Of a DNA stretch of 64,000 nucleotides, positions 40,804-54,200 are shown piece by piece. Position numbers and translations under genes: made by a program. Source of the DNA: Adineta vaga (lineage: Eukaryota; Animalia; Rotifera); the NCBI GenBank assembly GCA_021613535.1, contig CP075493.1, positions 6,014,001-6,078,000 on the forward strand. The letters are read 5' to 3'. The notes below the pieces were generated by a model. That model did not search any database and was not told the origin of the DNA. It was given only the letters and a program-made list of their open reading frames with translations. Numbering within the stretch: position 1 is the stretch's first letter; every line of letters begins with the position of its first letter.

Positions 40804-41210
40804 AGAAAATCTTCGTAAAGAATGCGCTAGCTAAAATAAAGATTTTTTTGCACTTTTCAGGACTTCGAATGTGATAGATTCACATCGTTTACAACAGTAT
40901 GTAGGAAACAAGATAGATATGGTATTTTGTAGAGCAAGCTTCCTTCTACAAACTGGCATATAAAACTACCATCTTGAATTTAAATTAAGAAAATTATAAT
41001 CAGAATTCAAACTAATAGGCTTTGTAAAAATGTAATTTTTGTCTTCATCAAAGATTCGTGTCTTATTACTTCATTTCAATAGAGCAAAAACTTCTGAACA
41101 CATATTCAGAAAAAGTATCACATTCTGCTTCTAACTCACTTTTTTTTCATTCTCTTCAGTTACGTCTAAATGAAAGAAAACTACTAGCACATTCTGTACG
41201 AAGACTTTCT
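40804..41210. mobile_element. MITE-like insertion with 27-bp terminal inverted repeats
   Basis: AGAAAATCTTCGTAAAGAATGCGCTAG versus reverse complement AGAAAGTCTTCGTACAGAATGTGCTAG (3 mismatches). It interrupts the CCTATCTCTAGCATA site that is intact at about 32573 and 36427. Confidence 0.8.
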
Positions 41211-42193
41211 CTAGCATATTAGTCGTCGTTTTTGTATTTTCTCGGATCCCCACATTGAATTTCAGATATGTTGTACAACTTCTTCTCTTCTAAGAAACGA
41301 TACAAAAGAGTGTTGGAAAATAAGTTTCCGCTTGATATCTAACTTGGTTCACATTGTTATGGTATTTGATGGATTTTTACGATTTCTGATAAAAGCCAAA
41401 TATTTCTACTGACTTTCATGATCATGATATCCGAAGTTTCGAATCTCATTTTTTGTATTATTGATTGAATGCGTTCTAGCTTTATTCCTTCGTTAAGTTT
41501 TTTGAAAAACTGGTTCGTTAAAAAGCGCACATTTGTTTTAATCTGATGATGAAGAGCATATAACAATTTTTTTACAAGTTATTGTCAACACTATAATTCG
41601 CATTGAAAAACCAACAGTTAGACCCAAATATATGTTGATGTAGTTCAAAGTATTTTTCTGATTAAAATGTGTCGATCTGTGAGAAAAAATCAGTTCTCTG
41701 ATATACAGGACGACTATGAAGCCGGTGAATGATTTCAAGCAATAGGCAATTCATAGAAACCAGTAAGAATCTGAAATCTGACATCTCATCTGTTTAAGTA
41801 ACAAAATAGTATACTTCTGGAATAAATTTCAATTATTTAGTTGAATTATCTTTCATTTCTCTAGAATGTAAAGTAAATATATGTGCAACATACTCTGATG
41901 TTATTTCGGAATTTTCTTTCAGTAGGCTTGCCTAATATGATAGAATATATGAGTAATGATTCTGATCAATCAAAAGAAAAAATATAAACGATAGAGAGAC
42001 TAATGAAAAAATGATGGTAGTCAAGAACGGTAATTTCTTCAAGGTTATCAGCTAAAATCAAGAGAAAAAATCATGGACATCGCCGAGAAAAATAAGGTGA
42101 GAGAAAACGGTATATAAACTGGTGATTTTCATACATGATCATACATTCGTTTTCACTTTTTCCTTTGAATATTACCTCGTCGAAACTACAAGG

Positions 42194-43151
42194 ATGTACG
42201 CTCCTCCACCAGCTGTTGCTCCCGGTGGTGCTGGCAGGTTAGTGAACGAATCTTCACATTTCAGTACTTTCATATGTTGCAATCTTTATGTTGAATAGAA
42301 GTGGCTTGGCTGCCAGTGGTCCAATTTTGGCTATCTGCTGTCTCTTATTTATCCTGTTCTTGATTGCATCAACAATCGTTCTTGCATTAATTCCTGTGTA
42401 TCTTTCAACACGCGATATCACTGCGAGTAAGAACAACGTTTATGAGAAAATCTATTGAATTGTGATGTATTGTACTATTTTCATTTAGCTGGTAAAAGTC
42501 CAAGTTATCTTCTCACTGCAGACCCTACCGCCATTACAGATACTAGTGGTAAGCGCGCTGACTACTCAAGCTTCGATGCAGATCAAGAGTTAGATTCAGA
42601 TTCACGTACAAATACCGCCAATGCAGTAAATATATTTGAATATATAATCACATAATCAAGATTTTTCTTAAAAATTCATATTCTTTTATAGGTAATATCT
42701 AAATTGAGTTTGTCAAGTGGTGCATTTCTTGTAGATCAGTGTAGAACTGCATATACTACTTCACGTAAACGACGAGGATTGTAAGTATTGAAAAGTATAT
42801 TGGGAGATACAATGTATGACTTGTTCTAAAATTTCTAGTGGCATCTTACGAGAAGCTCGTGCTACTAATGGTGTAAAACTCTTTTGCAAAGTTCGTTTCA
42901 ATTATGCAAAATGTGGAAGATGTGTTTCTACGTCGTATCTCCAAAGCATTTCAACTTTCTTCTTCACAGCTACACAAAGTATTAAAATTTCTGGTGAATC
43001 ATCAGTTCCAAAGCGAATATTCACATATTCGTGTAAACTCACTCTCTCAGGTAAGTTTTATGTTTAATATGTACAGTACAAAACTTTCGCTCTTTTAGAT
43101 GCTGGGTATCCAACATCTACTAGCGGATTCACTGGAGCAGTGTCTGGTTAA
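42194..43151 (+). CDS. Unrecognised type II membrane protein, family copy 4
   Basis: Same 6-exon structure. The module is nearly identical to module 2 of copy 2 and ends GFTGAVSG*. Confidence 0.85.
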
Positions 43152-44554
43152 ATGCCCGAAAAAACAATTCAAAGACATCTATTTTTATTCTTCTCCACTA
43201 TTTTTCATACTAATCTTCTCTATGCTAATTCACAACTAAAACACATCCATTTCATACTGAAATTCCTCATCATATTTATCTCTCGATTGAACATTTCGTG
43301 AATAACGGAAAAATATATCCCATCTTTTTTCTTCATTCTTTTTCTCATCAATAAATTATTCATTTTACCTCTTGCATTTGGATAAATATAATTTTCATTG
43401 ATTTGCATGAATAAGTTTCTCATTATGAAAGGTTTAATGTCACGTCCTGTGTTTTCTTGGTCTATATTCTATTATGATTGACGCGATGCACCTTAATTTA
43501 GACATTTGAATGATGAATAAAACCATGCTTTCAATATCTATGAAGAAAAACACAAGACTTAATTTCGTTTTTCATATAGTGTATTTAGGTGTTCTTATCA
43601 GTATCAATTATCATTTGGTTGTATGTTTATTCAATATTTCTTATACTGAACCTCAGGGACATTCTCCATTCGATTGAATAAATAATGAGAAAGAGTAGAT
43701 AGAAATAAGAAAACAATATTGTCTGAATTATAATGCAAATTCAATGTGTCAAAGATGTGTATCAAATTCTTTTGCAATTTGACTATTTTTTATGATAGAA
43801 AATAACCATATTAAGTCATTTCGACCAGAAATAAAGTTTTAATAGGAGAAATTTAGTGTGCTAGAGTAGATTCAGCAAAATAGATGTTTTGTATTCTTTT
43901 GTCGAAAAATTAATCCATTTGAAAACAAAATATAGGTTTTTCTTTGTATATCTTCTGATCGTGAATATGTTACTAAAGAAGAATGTATTTCAATATACGT
44001 TTGATTTCTAAAGCTTTTATTTGTACTGACAATCTATCGTCAGAATACCGTGATAATTTATCAGTTACATTCTATTGCGTTTTTCTCTCTCATTTTTCTA
44101 ATGAGTATGAAGATAGAAGAACGCATGAAATCATTAATAACGAGGTGTAGAAGCAATTAATATACGTATTTCATGCGAAAATAAAAAATTTCATTGATAA
44201 ATGCAAGAAAAACACATTCAAACCGTGTCAAATACATTCAGCATTCAAGGTTGAATATTCAACTGACGAAACTACATGTTCATCAGTGTATCTATGTACA
44301 TTATATAGAAATTGTAATTTTTGGAATAGAATACAAAAAGTTATTTAAGATTAACCTCTTTCATTTACTGCTTTCTGTTAGGTTGTCATCAACTTACTGA
44401 TAAAATCTATCAAAAGAAAGGTGATAAAAGAAAAAATTGTTTACAAAAAAATACAATGAGAAAGAAAGCATACATTTATATCACGTTTACACATAAAAGA
44501 ATAAAAAGTAGAAAGAGATTGTGAGGGCAAAAATAATAATAAAAAAAAATACAT

Positions 44555-46720
44555 CTAGTTAATTAAACTTTTGGTTAATGTTTCATAATCAACTGTTTCT
44601 TTGTCATGTTCAACAAATATTCCTGAGAAATTTCGTTCGGCAACACAAGCTACCATTGCTGCACCTTTGCCACTACCTAGAAGGAATTTATAGATTTGTC
44701 AGATATCTAAGAATAAGGCACTTACCATCATCAGACAATGCCAATTTGAACTAGAATAAAATCAAGTAATAAATAAGATCATCTCAAAACATTTCACCAG
44801 AGATATTCTAGTGTAATATTTAGTTAGTTCAATACCTTTATATCTTTGTTGACTAATGTTTCCATGCATCGTTCCATATTACGTTTAAATCGTGGATGAT
44901 ATCGATAGAGTGATCCATCAACACCAACTGTAATGTTCTTTTTACCAATACGATTGATCAATACTGCCAAACCTTTTTGAAATAGATGAATGTACCCAAA
45001 TAATTCAAAAGTAAAATGATACATACCAGCACCAGCTAATCGTGCAGCTCTTTTTGATACTTGTCGACAGATATGTTGAACGATAGCACAATCATCGTAT
45101 GTTGGATTTCGAATACCAATATCTTCGAGTACTCGTCGTGTATTAGAAAATTTAATACCTAAAATAAAAGTTTATTCTCATTATCATTCAATGTATTCTC
45201 AATGATTACCTTCATCTGTTTCGACAGTTGAAACAAATTTAGTATAGAAACCACCACGATTATAAAGTGGCGTTTTATAATCACTATATGTATCTCGATG
45301 ACCAAGAAAAAGTAATTCATGTTGAAGTAAATCTAAAATAATGAGTCGTACGATTTCACCCATATACATTCCTGAAATCATTTTTTCGAAACTAAACGAA
45401 AGAAAGAAACAGAGAATTTCTAAGAGAAAGATCAACGGAATGATTTACATCTGTTTGCCAGGATTTATCGATGAAATATCAACTTCTTCATCATATTTTG
45501 TTCGTATATTTTTCAAACGACCATTATCACCAAAAGCACCCCATTCCATGTTAATAATAACTTGTTTTGGTTCATTATAATCTCCGTTCCATGTACCTAC
45601 TTTATCTAGATTTTCAATATAACATGCATTTGTTCCTGTTCCTAATATAAGACCAATAGCTGTTGATGGATCTTTATATGCACATGCCATTAATGTTCCC
45701 ACTGTATCATTGACTAAAGCAACACATTTTGCATTGATACCCTAGAGAAAGAAATTGAGTATGGATAGGTTTGTTAATGCAAAGAATAATTTGAGTTTCT
45801 GTTTTGTCTCATACTATATTATCTTACCTTTTCAGTAATTGCTTCTTGTAAAAGTTTCACGACATCTTCATTAACAACACCAGAACAACTGAAACCTTTA
45901 GTCCATGCTGTTAATCTAGCAGATGCTAAACCTTCTTGTTTACAAGGAAATGAAAATGTAAAACCTGAGGAGAAAAAACACATGTTTAATTTATCTTCTA
46001 ATTGAACTTTTATTAAGTAGTCATACCTAATGGATAACATATTCCTGAATGTAGTATGTTTTCTTTTGCCATAAATTCTGCTAAACATTCAGCTAAATGT
46101 CGAAATAACTAAATTAATCAAAAATACATTAAGAATTTTTCTGTATCAATAAACTAATTATATCAATTACATGTTTTCCATCGCCAATCATAATTGATTG
46201 TGGAATAACAAAAATTTTCGATGTCAATTCAATTTTTGCATTACCACGTAAATCAATTAATAGAACACGAAAATTTGTTCCACCTAAGTCTAATGCAAGA
46301 ACTTGACCCATTTCTGTACCATTTGGAATGTTTCGTACATATGTAGGAAACATTTTTACGTTGGCTTGTTTATGTGTAGTAGGAGAAAGACCAGCACTCA
46401 TTTCTTCTTCTAATATATGCATGATATGTATCAATTGTTCATCCGAAATTTTTAATGAATCAAGTACTTTCTCAATCTAAATTTAAAATAAAATTTTTTC
46501 TACTAGTGTAAATTGAAACATGTTCCATTATATCATTTACCTGGTCATTGAGTTCAGGATGTCGATGCCGTTTTATAAGATGTTTCTCTGGTGCAGCTAC
46601 ACGATAACCAGCATATACTGCAGTACCAATAACACAAGTTGTGACAAGGCCATATGCAGCTTTTCGAACTAATGATGTTATTGAATCATGCGGTAGCGTG
46701 TGAACGAAATCGAGTGTCAT
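44555..46720 (-). CDS. HK: Hexokinase (single catalytic unit) with hydrophobic N-terminal extension
   Basis: [78 protein letters not shown] and DGSGKGAA. Confidence 0.96.
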
Positions 46721-48286
46721 AGTTTATAGCTAAAAATACAATAATAATAATAATAAATAAAGTTAGTTAATGAAATCATCACATATATATATATATATAA
46801 TCAATCATGATTCAATAGAGAAAAACAATTCATAATGAATAATGAAGTAGTATCTATTTATTCATATGTATCTATATCTATACGTATTAGAAAGAGAGAA
46901 AGATCAAGTGATCAAATAAACTGAAATGGACTGATCTATGTGTATACTAAGTGACGAAAGAACCATACATAGACAACTAATTTTTATCATTCTGTTATTT
47001 TAAACTTTTAAGTACACAATATCGCCTGTGAAATCAAGTAGAGAGGTGTGTACATCACAGAGACGTATGTGTGTTATACAGACAAGTCATTGTCATATAA
47101 CATTCGATCGTATTGATGTCTGACAATGAAAAGAGAAAAACAAATAATGTTAAGTTCAATCACACCTTCGTCCGTAATGTTCTATTGCGCAGTATTATTT
47201 TATTCATGTGATATGTGTATAAACTAGTGCACACTATTGTCTGTTACAAAAGTATCAATGTTCATAATTAATGGTCGATAAAATTAGTACTCTTTAAATA
47301 TAAACATATGTGAGATTTAACGATCCGTTACGTAAAGCTATTAGTATTCATAGTAGATAACAGTTTTTATGGAAAATATGGTATTTCATATCACATAACA
47401 TTAACAACTAGTATTCCTCAACAGCAATATCAATTCAAGACGGACTATATCTATTCACTAAGCAGCCTCGTAATCGGTTATCTGTGGATGTTAGTCTTAG
47501 ACAGTTATTAATTGTTTACACATACACAAAGTATATGATAAAAAGTCGCTATAATTCTGAAAAAATATGAACACACAGATGTAGCCTCCCAAGATTTTAA
47601 ACACATTAAACACAACTGTTAGGAAGACAATACCGTACAAACAAATAACATTTTAAGCAAAAAGTCATTGCTTCATTCTAAATTAACTAACTCAAATCGA
47701 CAAAGGAAGAACTGCAGTTCAGTTCATCTAGGTTACCAAATTAGAAGTGAAAAGTACATCTTCGTCACAAATTAATATACAACATTTCAAAATCAAAGAT
47801 TAAGGAGATTAAGTTGTATATGCAATAAGTACCACATTTACTTCGTTTTAATAGAGATTAAAGCTAGAATAAAGAGCATAAACAATATGGTATTAAACTT
47901 CTGCGTTCCAAAATATCATTGTGAACTCAACTGTATTGAAGGAATGGATATCAATCTCACCCATACGGAATATACAAAATAAAGGACTTCAAGCTGCATC
48001 AATCATATCAAGACATTCATGTTCGATACGAATCCCGATATGTGTGAAGTAGAAAAATTGTATGACTAAAATTTGTTAACTTATTTTTTGTACAACTAGC
48101 AGCATTGTTTAACACAAATTAAAAAGTGTAAGTTTCAAAGCGAGAAAAAAGGCAGATTTTTACGTTATAATAGATTTAATCAATAAATATATTTCGATCA
48201 AAGTAAAATGCAGTGAAAAAAAGAAGAAGAAGAACAAACGATCATCGTATTCACAAATTATTTGATAGGAATAAATAAAATAATAA

Positions 48287-51200
48287 TTAACGAAATGTCC
48301 ATAATGGATCTAATTGATTGAAGGGATCAGATAAATCTTTCATTGGTGATGGTTTTGTTCGAAAGAAATCATCTCGTGTTGTTTTTGGTTTTATATGACT
48401 TTCCTCTGGACGTAAATTAAAATTTGCTTCAATAGATGTTAATTGTTTCGCTGGTGGTTTTTCTTCGATAATTGTTGAAGTTGGAGTTGATGACAGAATT
48501 GGACCAACATCATAATTTGGTGTAGATTGAACTATTGGTTTAGATTTTTCCATGATAGTTTGCATTTCTTCAGTAAGTAGAACAGTATTTGTATTTGGAG
48601 AAGTAGATCTTAGATTTGAAGACATTGATTGTTCGTGAAGTATCGAAGTGACATTTAACGTTCCACCTGGAAAATGATTTAATTTAAAAAAAATTGGATA
48701 TTAAAAAAATCAAATCTTACGTTTAACGAGACGTTCTTGTGTATAACGAAGAAGAGCTTCATAGACGAACTTTAGTTGATTCATGTCTTGTATCATATTT
48801 CGACGTTTTGTACGAAGTAAACGTATAATTTTGTTTAAATCAGGAAATGATCGACCTTCATCAATATCTTGAATGCTCGTAAACAAAGCTAAAAATGGAC
48901 CTGTACGAGAGACACCACTCCTAAAAATTGAAATAGATGGGTGATTCTAAAGTATGAAGTGATGAGACTTACATGCACGTAACTAATATTGTACTTCGTG
49001 GATTTCGTGTTTGAGTAAGAAAATGTTGTACTTCTTGAATAAATTTCAATAATTCAGTTGAATTATCTGGCATGTCTCTAGAATGTGTAAAGTAAATAGT
49101 CTTGCATTCTATTGCAGAAAACAAAATAATACTTCGGTGGCCAACCAAAATGTTCAAGCCAAACGACAGTTCTTGATTGATTTATCTTTAGTATTAAAAA
49201 AAGAAGAAATTGATACAGAATGATTAGTGAAGTTAAATGAAACATACTTGTGAATGATGTATACGTATTATTCTATGATTAGTCAGTGAATTAGGACTTT
49301 TTGTACTAAGTAAAGTGATAGTAAAAGATGAAATTTGTAGTTCTTCTCCCACTTTTTCTGGGTAAACATTCTAAATATCAAATCGTTAGAATTATACTGA
49401 CGAATCTAAACAATCTTCTTACTATTGATTGTATTTCATCAGGTCTTAGAAGAACAGCAACAATGGCAACATGTTGATCATAAATCATTGACCAAAAATC
49501 ACCAATAGTTGTAGGTAATGGATATTGAGCAGTGATAAATGAAGCATCACGAATTTTCTACAATGGTAAATAGGAATATTACATTGAAATAAATGAAGCT
49601 TCTATTGTTTCATTGCTTACTCCAATTGATGTTGCATTTATATAATCATTGAAATGTTTTTGTTGATTGGAATTCGATTGAACCAGACGAATACGTGAAT
49701 TATCATCTATACAATATTCTGGTATTATTCATACAATTAATAAATAAAACTTACAAGGAATTAAGTCTTGAAATCGATTGAGTTTTGGATTACATTTTCC
49801 AATTGCACAGGTTTGAGTATGTACATCTTTTTCTTGTAAATCAGATAGTTCCTAAGAAAGAAAAAAAAACACTTTTTGGTTATTCAAATATTAAAATAAG
49901 AGAATTTAATCTTACTTTCCATTCCACTTCAAGTGGTACTGTACCATTTAAAATCTTTTTGGTCATTGTACTAACATGTTTTTCAAAGCGTTGACTATCA
50001 GCGACCAATTGATCAAGTTTATCTTTATCGTCATGTGAATCTTGTGATTGTGATGAACTTAGAGTAGGCATTGGTGTTACAGGTGATTGTATTGATTGTT
50101 TCTCTTCTGTAACTATTGGTAATGGTTGAATGCAAGCGATGGGTTTACCATGACTTTTCATGTGTAATTCATCATCGATTGGACTGAGTGGTTCAGGTTC
50201 AGATGAAATTGGTTCTGTATTAGAAATCGATAGTGTTGTTTCTAATTGTTGCTCAAGAGCTAATGATAATAGATCATCATCAATTTTAGGTACTGATGGT
50301 TGATTTGATACTGAATTCGCAGATGTTTTACTAGTTGTTGGTGAAGGAACAAGTGGAAGCGATGGGACAGGGGCAGCAGGTGATGGAATAAGAGGAGTTA
50401 CAGGTGGCGGTAGAGGAGGGGTCGGTGTAGAAACATATTGCACGAATTGGTTTGGATTATAATTGTTATTACTATTGTTATTGTTATTAATTGTTGATGT
50501 AGGCATTTGTGGTGTGTTTGTTGAAAGTAAACCACCAGGCTGATAAACATCTTGCGGTTGAAGACGAGCCGTAGGTGGTACTATGTTTTGTTGCTGTTGA
50601 GATGATGGAGTAGTCGGTGGCACAAAGGATGGATTTTGTGATTTAGGAATATCATAAGCTCCTACAGGTTGTGGACGGTAAGGGTCAAACTTTGTCGGTG
50701 GCTGAGCAGAACGATTGGGATCATTTAAATTTTGATACATAGTTGGCTGTTGTATCTGATAATGATTTGTTTGTTGAAGAAATGGTGGTTGTGCTGGCTG
50801 TTGAAGCGAAGAAGATTGGTGAAATTGTTGCTGTGACGATGATGGTTGATATGTTGGTTGTTGAGTTGGATGTGATTGATAGAATTGTTGCTGTGGAGGT
50901 AACGGCTGAGGAAACATTTGTTGAGATGATGATGGTACTTGATGAGAAATCTGTTGAGTTGAAAGTGTTTGGTGGAACATCTGCTGATTTGGAGGTGCTT
51001 GATGAATTAATTGTTGAGGTGGTAGAGGTTGATGAAAGGCTTGCTGCTGCTGCGGTGGTAGTGGTGGCGGCGGAGAGGGTTGATAAAATGTTTGTTGAGG
51101 TACAACACTAGGCTGATGAGTAGCAGTTCGTGAATTGTAGAATTGTTGTTGATAAGTTACTTGCGGCTGAGTACCAAAATTCTGTGTAAGGAAAGCTGGA

Positions 51201-54200
51201 TTGGAATCTATGGAATGTGATTGATTATATTTTGGTTGGTGATATGATAATGATTGCGTTGGTAAAGGTGGTGCATACGGCAATGATGGTTTTTCGAAAT
51301 GTGTGGGTGATTCAACTTGATAATGATGAGGATGAAATGCAGGCAATGATGTAAGTGTCGATCCAGATGGATATGAAGGAGTTGATGTTGGCATTATATT
51401 AGCCGAGAAATTGCCACCATCACCCATATTTGATACAGGTGGTGGTATGTATAAATTTTCATCACGATTAGTAGAGGATCGTTTTGACGAACGACCTGTA
51501 GTTGAGCCCCAAGTATCAGGTTTCATAGCAGCCAAATAATCTTTCAATCTTGGTCGATCAGGTGTTGTTGATGGTAGACTTGCTGTTGGAAATTGAGGTT
51601 CAGGAACATCTTGACCCTGCCAAGTAGGTAATGGACTTTGGCGTGATGGTCTTGATGATGGTAATTGACGATGTAATGAAGATCTTGATGGTATAGTCGG
51701 TATTGTTGGTGATTGATGTTGAGATTGTAATGTTGCAAGACGTTCATTTAATTTGATTAGTTTTGCACTTTGCTATTGTGGAAAAAAACAAGAAGAAATA
51801 AAATATAGATTCCGAATGAAAAATACCTTTTTATAAAATTCAATGCCTTCATGTGCTTTTGACAGAATATCTTCGAATGATTTAAATGAATTGATATAAT
51901 CTTGAATTAATCGACTACGTCTATCATAAGGGAAAATCATAAGGGAAATAGTGAATTTTATATTTATATTTGATAAACAACAACAATATTTTCGTATACT
52001 TACGTCTCAAATGTTGTTCCAATTTTTGTTCGTACATCGGCAATTTCTGCATTAGCTTCTGTTAATGATTGTAATATATTATCTTGTGCTACACAATTTT
52101 GTTTTATAATATTAATAAGTTCTTCATGTTTCTTCACTTGATCAGTAAATAAATTCTATAAAAAAAAAGTATATACTATAGATTATTTATAAATAGTTTC
52201 AAAATCATTTTACTTTATGATTCTCTTGTCTTTGCATAAGTACCAATTTAGTGATGTCATCATCATGAATCTTTTTACGAAAATCAGTTAATAATGTCTC
52301 ACGTTGATTCTTCATCGTTTCGATCTTTTCATTTAAGAAGACTAAACGAGCTAATTTTGATTTATTTGCTTCATCTGAATTCGAAGAAAAAAACAAGATC
52401 ATTAGTAAAATAACAATGAAAAACGAAATATAATCTTTTACCATCAAGTTCCGTTATAATTGGTAGCTTTTTTTCCAATTGATCCATTGGTAATTGAAGA
52501 ATTTTTAAATGATCAAGAATTGTTGTCATATGTCGATGTAATCCAATGTTACTTTCATTGGCCTGTACCATCATATCACGAATAGTTTTAATATTTAATT
52601 GTAAATCTTTAAATTCTTTATCAGATTTTATAGAACCATTTTTTTCTTCAAGATTATTCAATGCTTGTTCAAAATCGTCAAGTTGACCAGTGACATCATG
52701 ATGTTGACTATTCAACTCTGAAATTAAAAAATAAATTATTCACCTATAAATCTGTAGATGAAAAGCCGTAGTCTCTTCTTTGATTTAGACATTTTTGTCT
52801 TTGAAAAAACTATCGAAACATACGTTGCATAGCTGTAACAAGATCTTTTGACATATTTGGACGAGCAGCAACAGCAGCACAACATTCAAGTAATTCTCGT
52901 GGTAAACGAAGATATTCATTATTCATTGGAATACGATCCAATTGTAAACAAAGCATAAATGTACTATAAATAGAAAGAATATTTGAAAATATCAATACTC
53001 AATTTTATTTTCATACTCAAGTTCTCGATTTTTATTTTCTGTTAATTCAATAATTTCACGTAAGAGTTTCGCTTTTTCTTCACTATATTCCGATGCAGCC
53101 AAATGTGCATCCTAAAAACAGGAAAATATGTGTAAAATTATTTGAATAAAAAAAAACTATCCTTACCAATGGAACCAATTTTTGAAAAATATCCGCTCCG
53201 CATACTTCAGCATCATGACAATCAAATGGTTGTGATTTCGCAACAATTGCTCCTATAGATAAAAATCAGCAAATTCTTTTCATCTTATCCTATCAAGACA
53301 TACCTTGAACAGCTGGTAGACTTGATAATGCTGGTACTTTCTCAAAATATACACTATCATTATCACGTTTAGCTACTTTATATCTATTCAAAAAAAAAGA
53401 TTTTATTTAATTTGTAAATAATAAGTCATTTCTTTACGTACTTTCCCATGACAACATCATAAGTAAATGTATGTGCATCTTTAAATATATTCGCTTTGTC
53501 TGAAGAAATTTTCTCCGCATTTTTCCAAGCTTCTTTTAATCGTTCAACACCTGCTTCATAGTAACAAACACTTTGACCATATTTTTTATTTTCTTCAGCA
53601 ACTAAACCAGAAAAATAATATGCAATTGCCAAGTAATACGACAATTTGTATGTTAAAGCTACACGCCATTCCTAGAAAAGATAAAACAAATGTCGTCTTT
53701 GAACATATATATATAAATCAATAATGAATCAAAGATTTCTATGTGAATGTTTAGAAGACTTCTAATTTTGCGACTTTGATTGGTTCACATTGTATGAAAA
53801 TAGAAACGATGTGAATCCAGTACTAGTAATCGCATTATATGTGAGACAAAATATGAATTATGAGTTATGTGAGGAGCATCTGTTTATAAGATTCGAACTA
53901 TGTCACTTTGGACTGATGAATAAATCAATTACCATTCAACTGTAATTCACTTTCAAGTTAATTCTATCACTGGACAAATGTGAAAACTTACACGATATCG
54001 TTTTGATATAATTGAATTAATTCCTGGTTTTGTTAGATTCAAAAGTGCCATTTGATAATATTCCGATATTTGCATAGCAATATGAGCGTTCACTGAAGGT
54101 GCTCGTTGATCAAGTAAAGACTTTTCCAGTACGGATTCATGTGCTTGTGCCTATACATAATCATCAGTATTCATTATCGAACGAACGAATGAACGAAATT

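Larger units (their letters stand above)
30320..43640 (+). repeat. Tandem segmental duplication array (4 gene units with homologous promoters, introns and 3' flanks)
   Basis: Near-identical blocks recur, for example GTATATAAACTGGTG...ATGTACGCTCCTCCACCAGCTG at about 30560, 33882, 38868 and 42110. Matching 3' flanks start at about 31590, 35552, 39905 and 43152. Boundaries are approximate. Confidence 0.9.

Noticed and set aside
30320-43640. Possible CRISPR-like or prokaryotic defence array
   Set aside because: The repeats are kilobase-scale duplicated intron-containing genes, not short repeat-spacer units, and no cas-like ORFs are present.
50743-51111. 122-aa plus-strand Val/Glu-rich ORF
   Set aside because: Antisense shadow of the Pro/Gln-rich PTPN23 exon.
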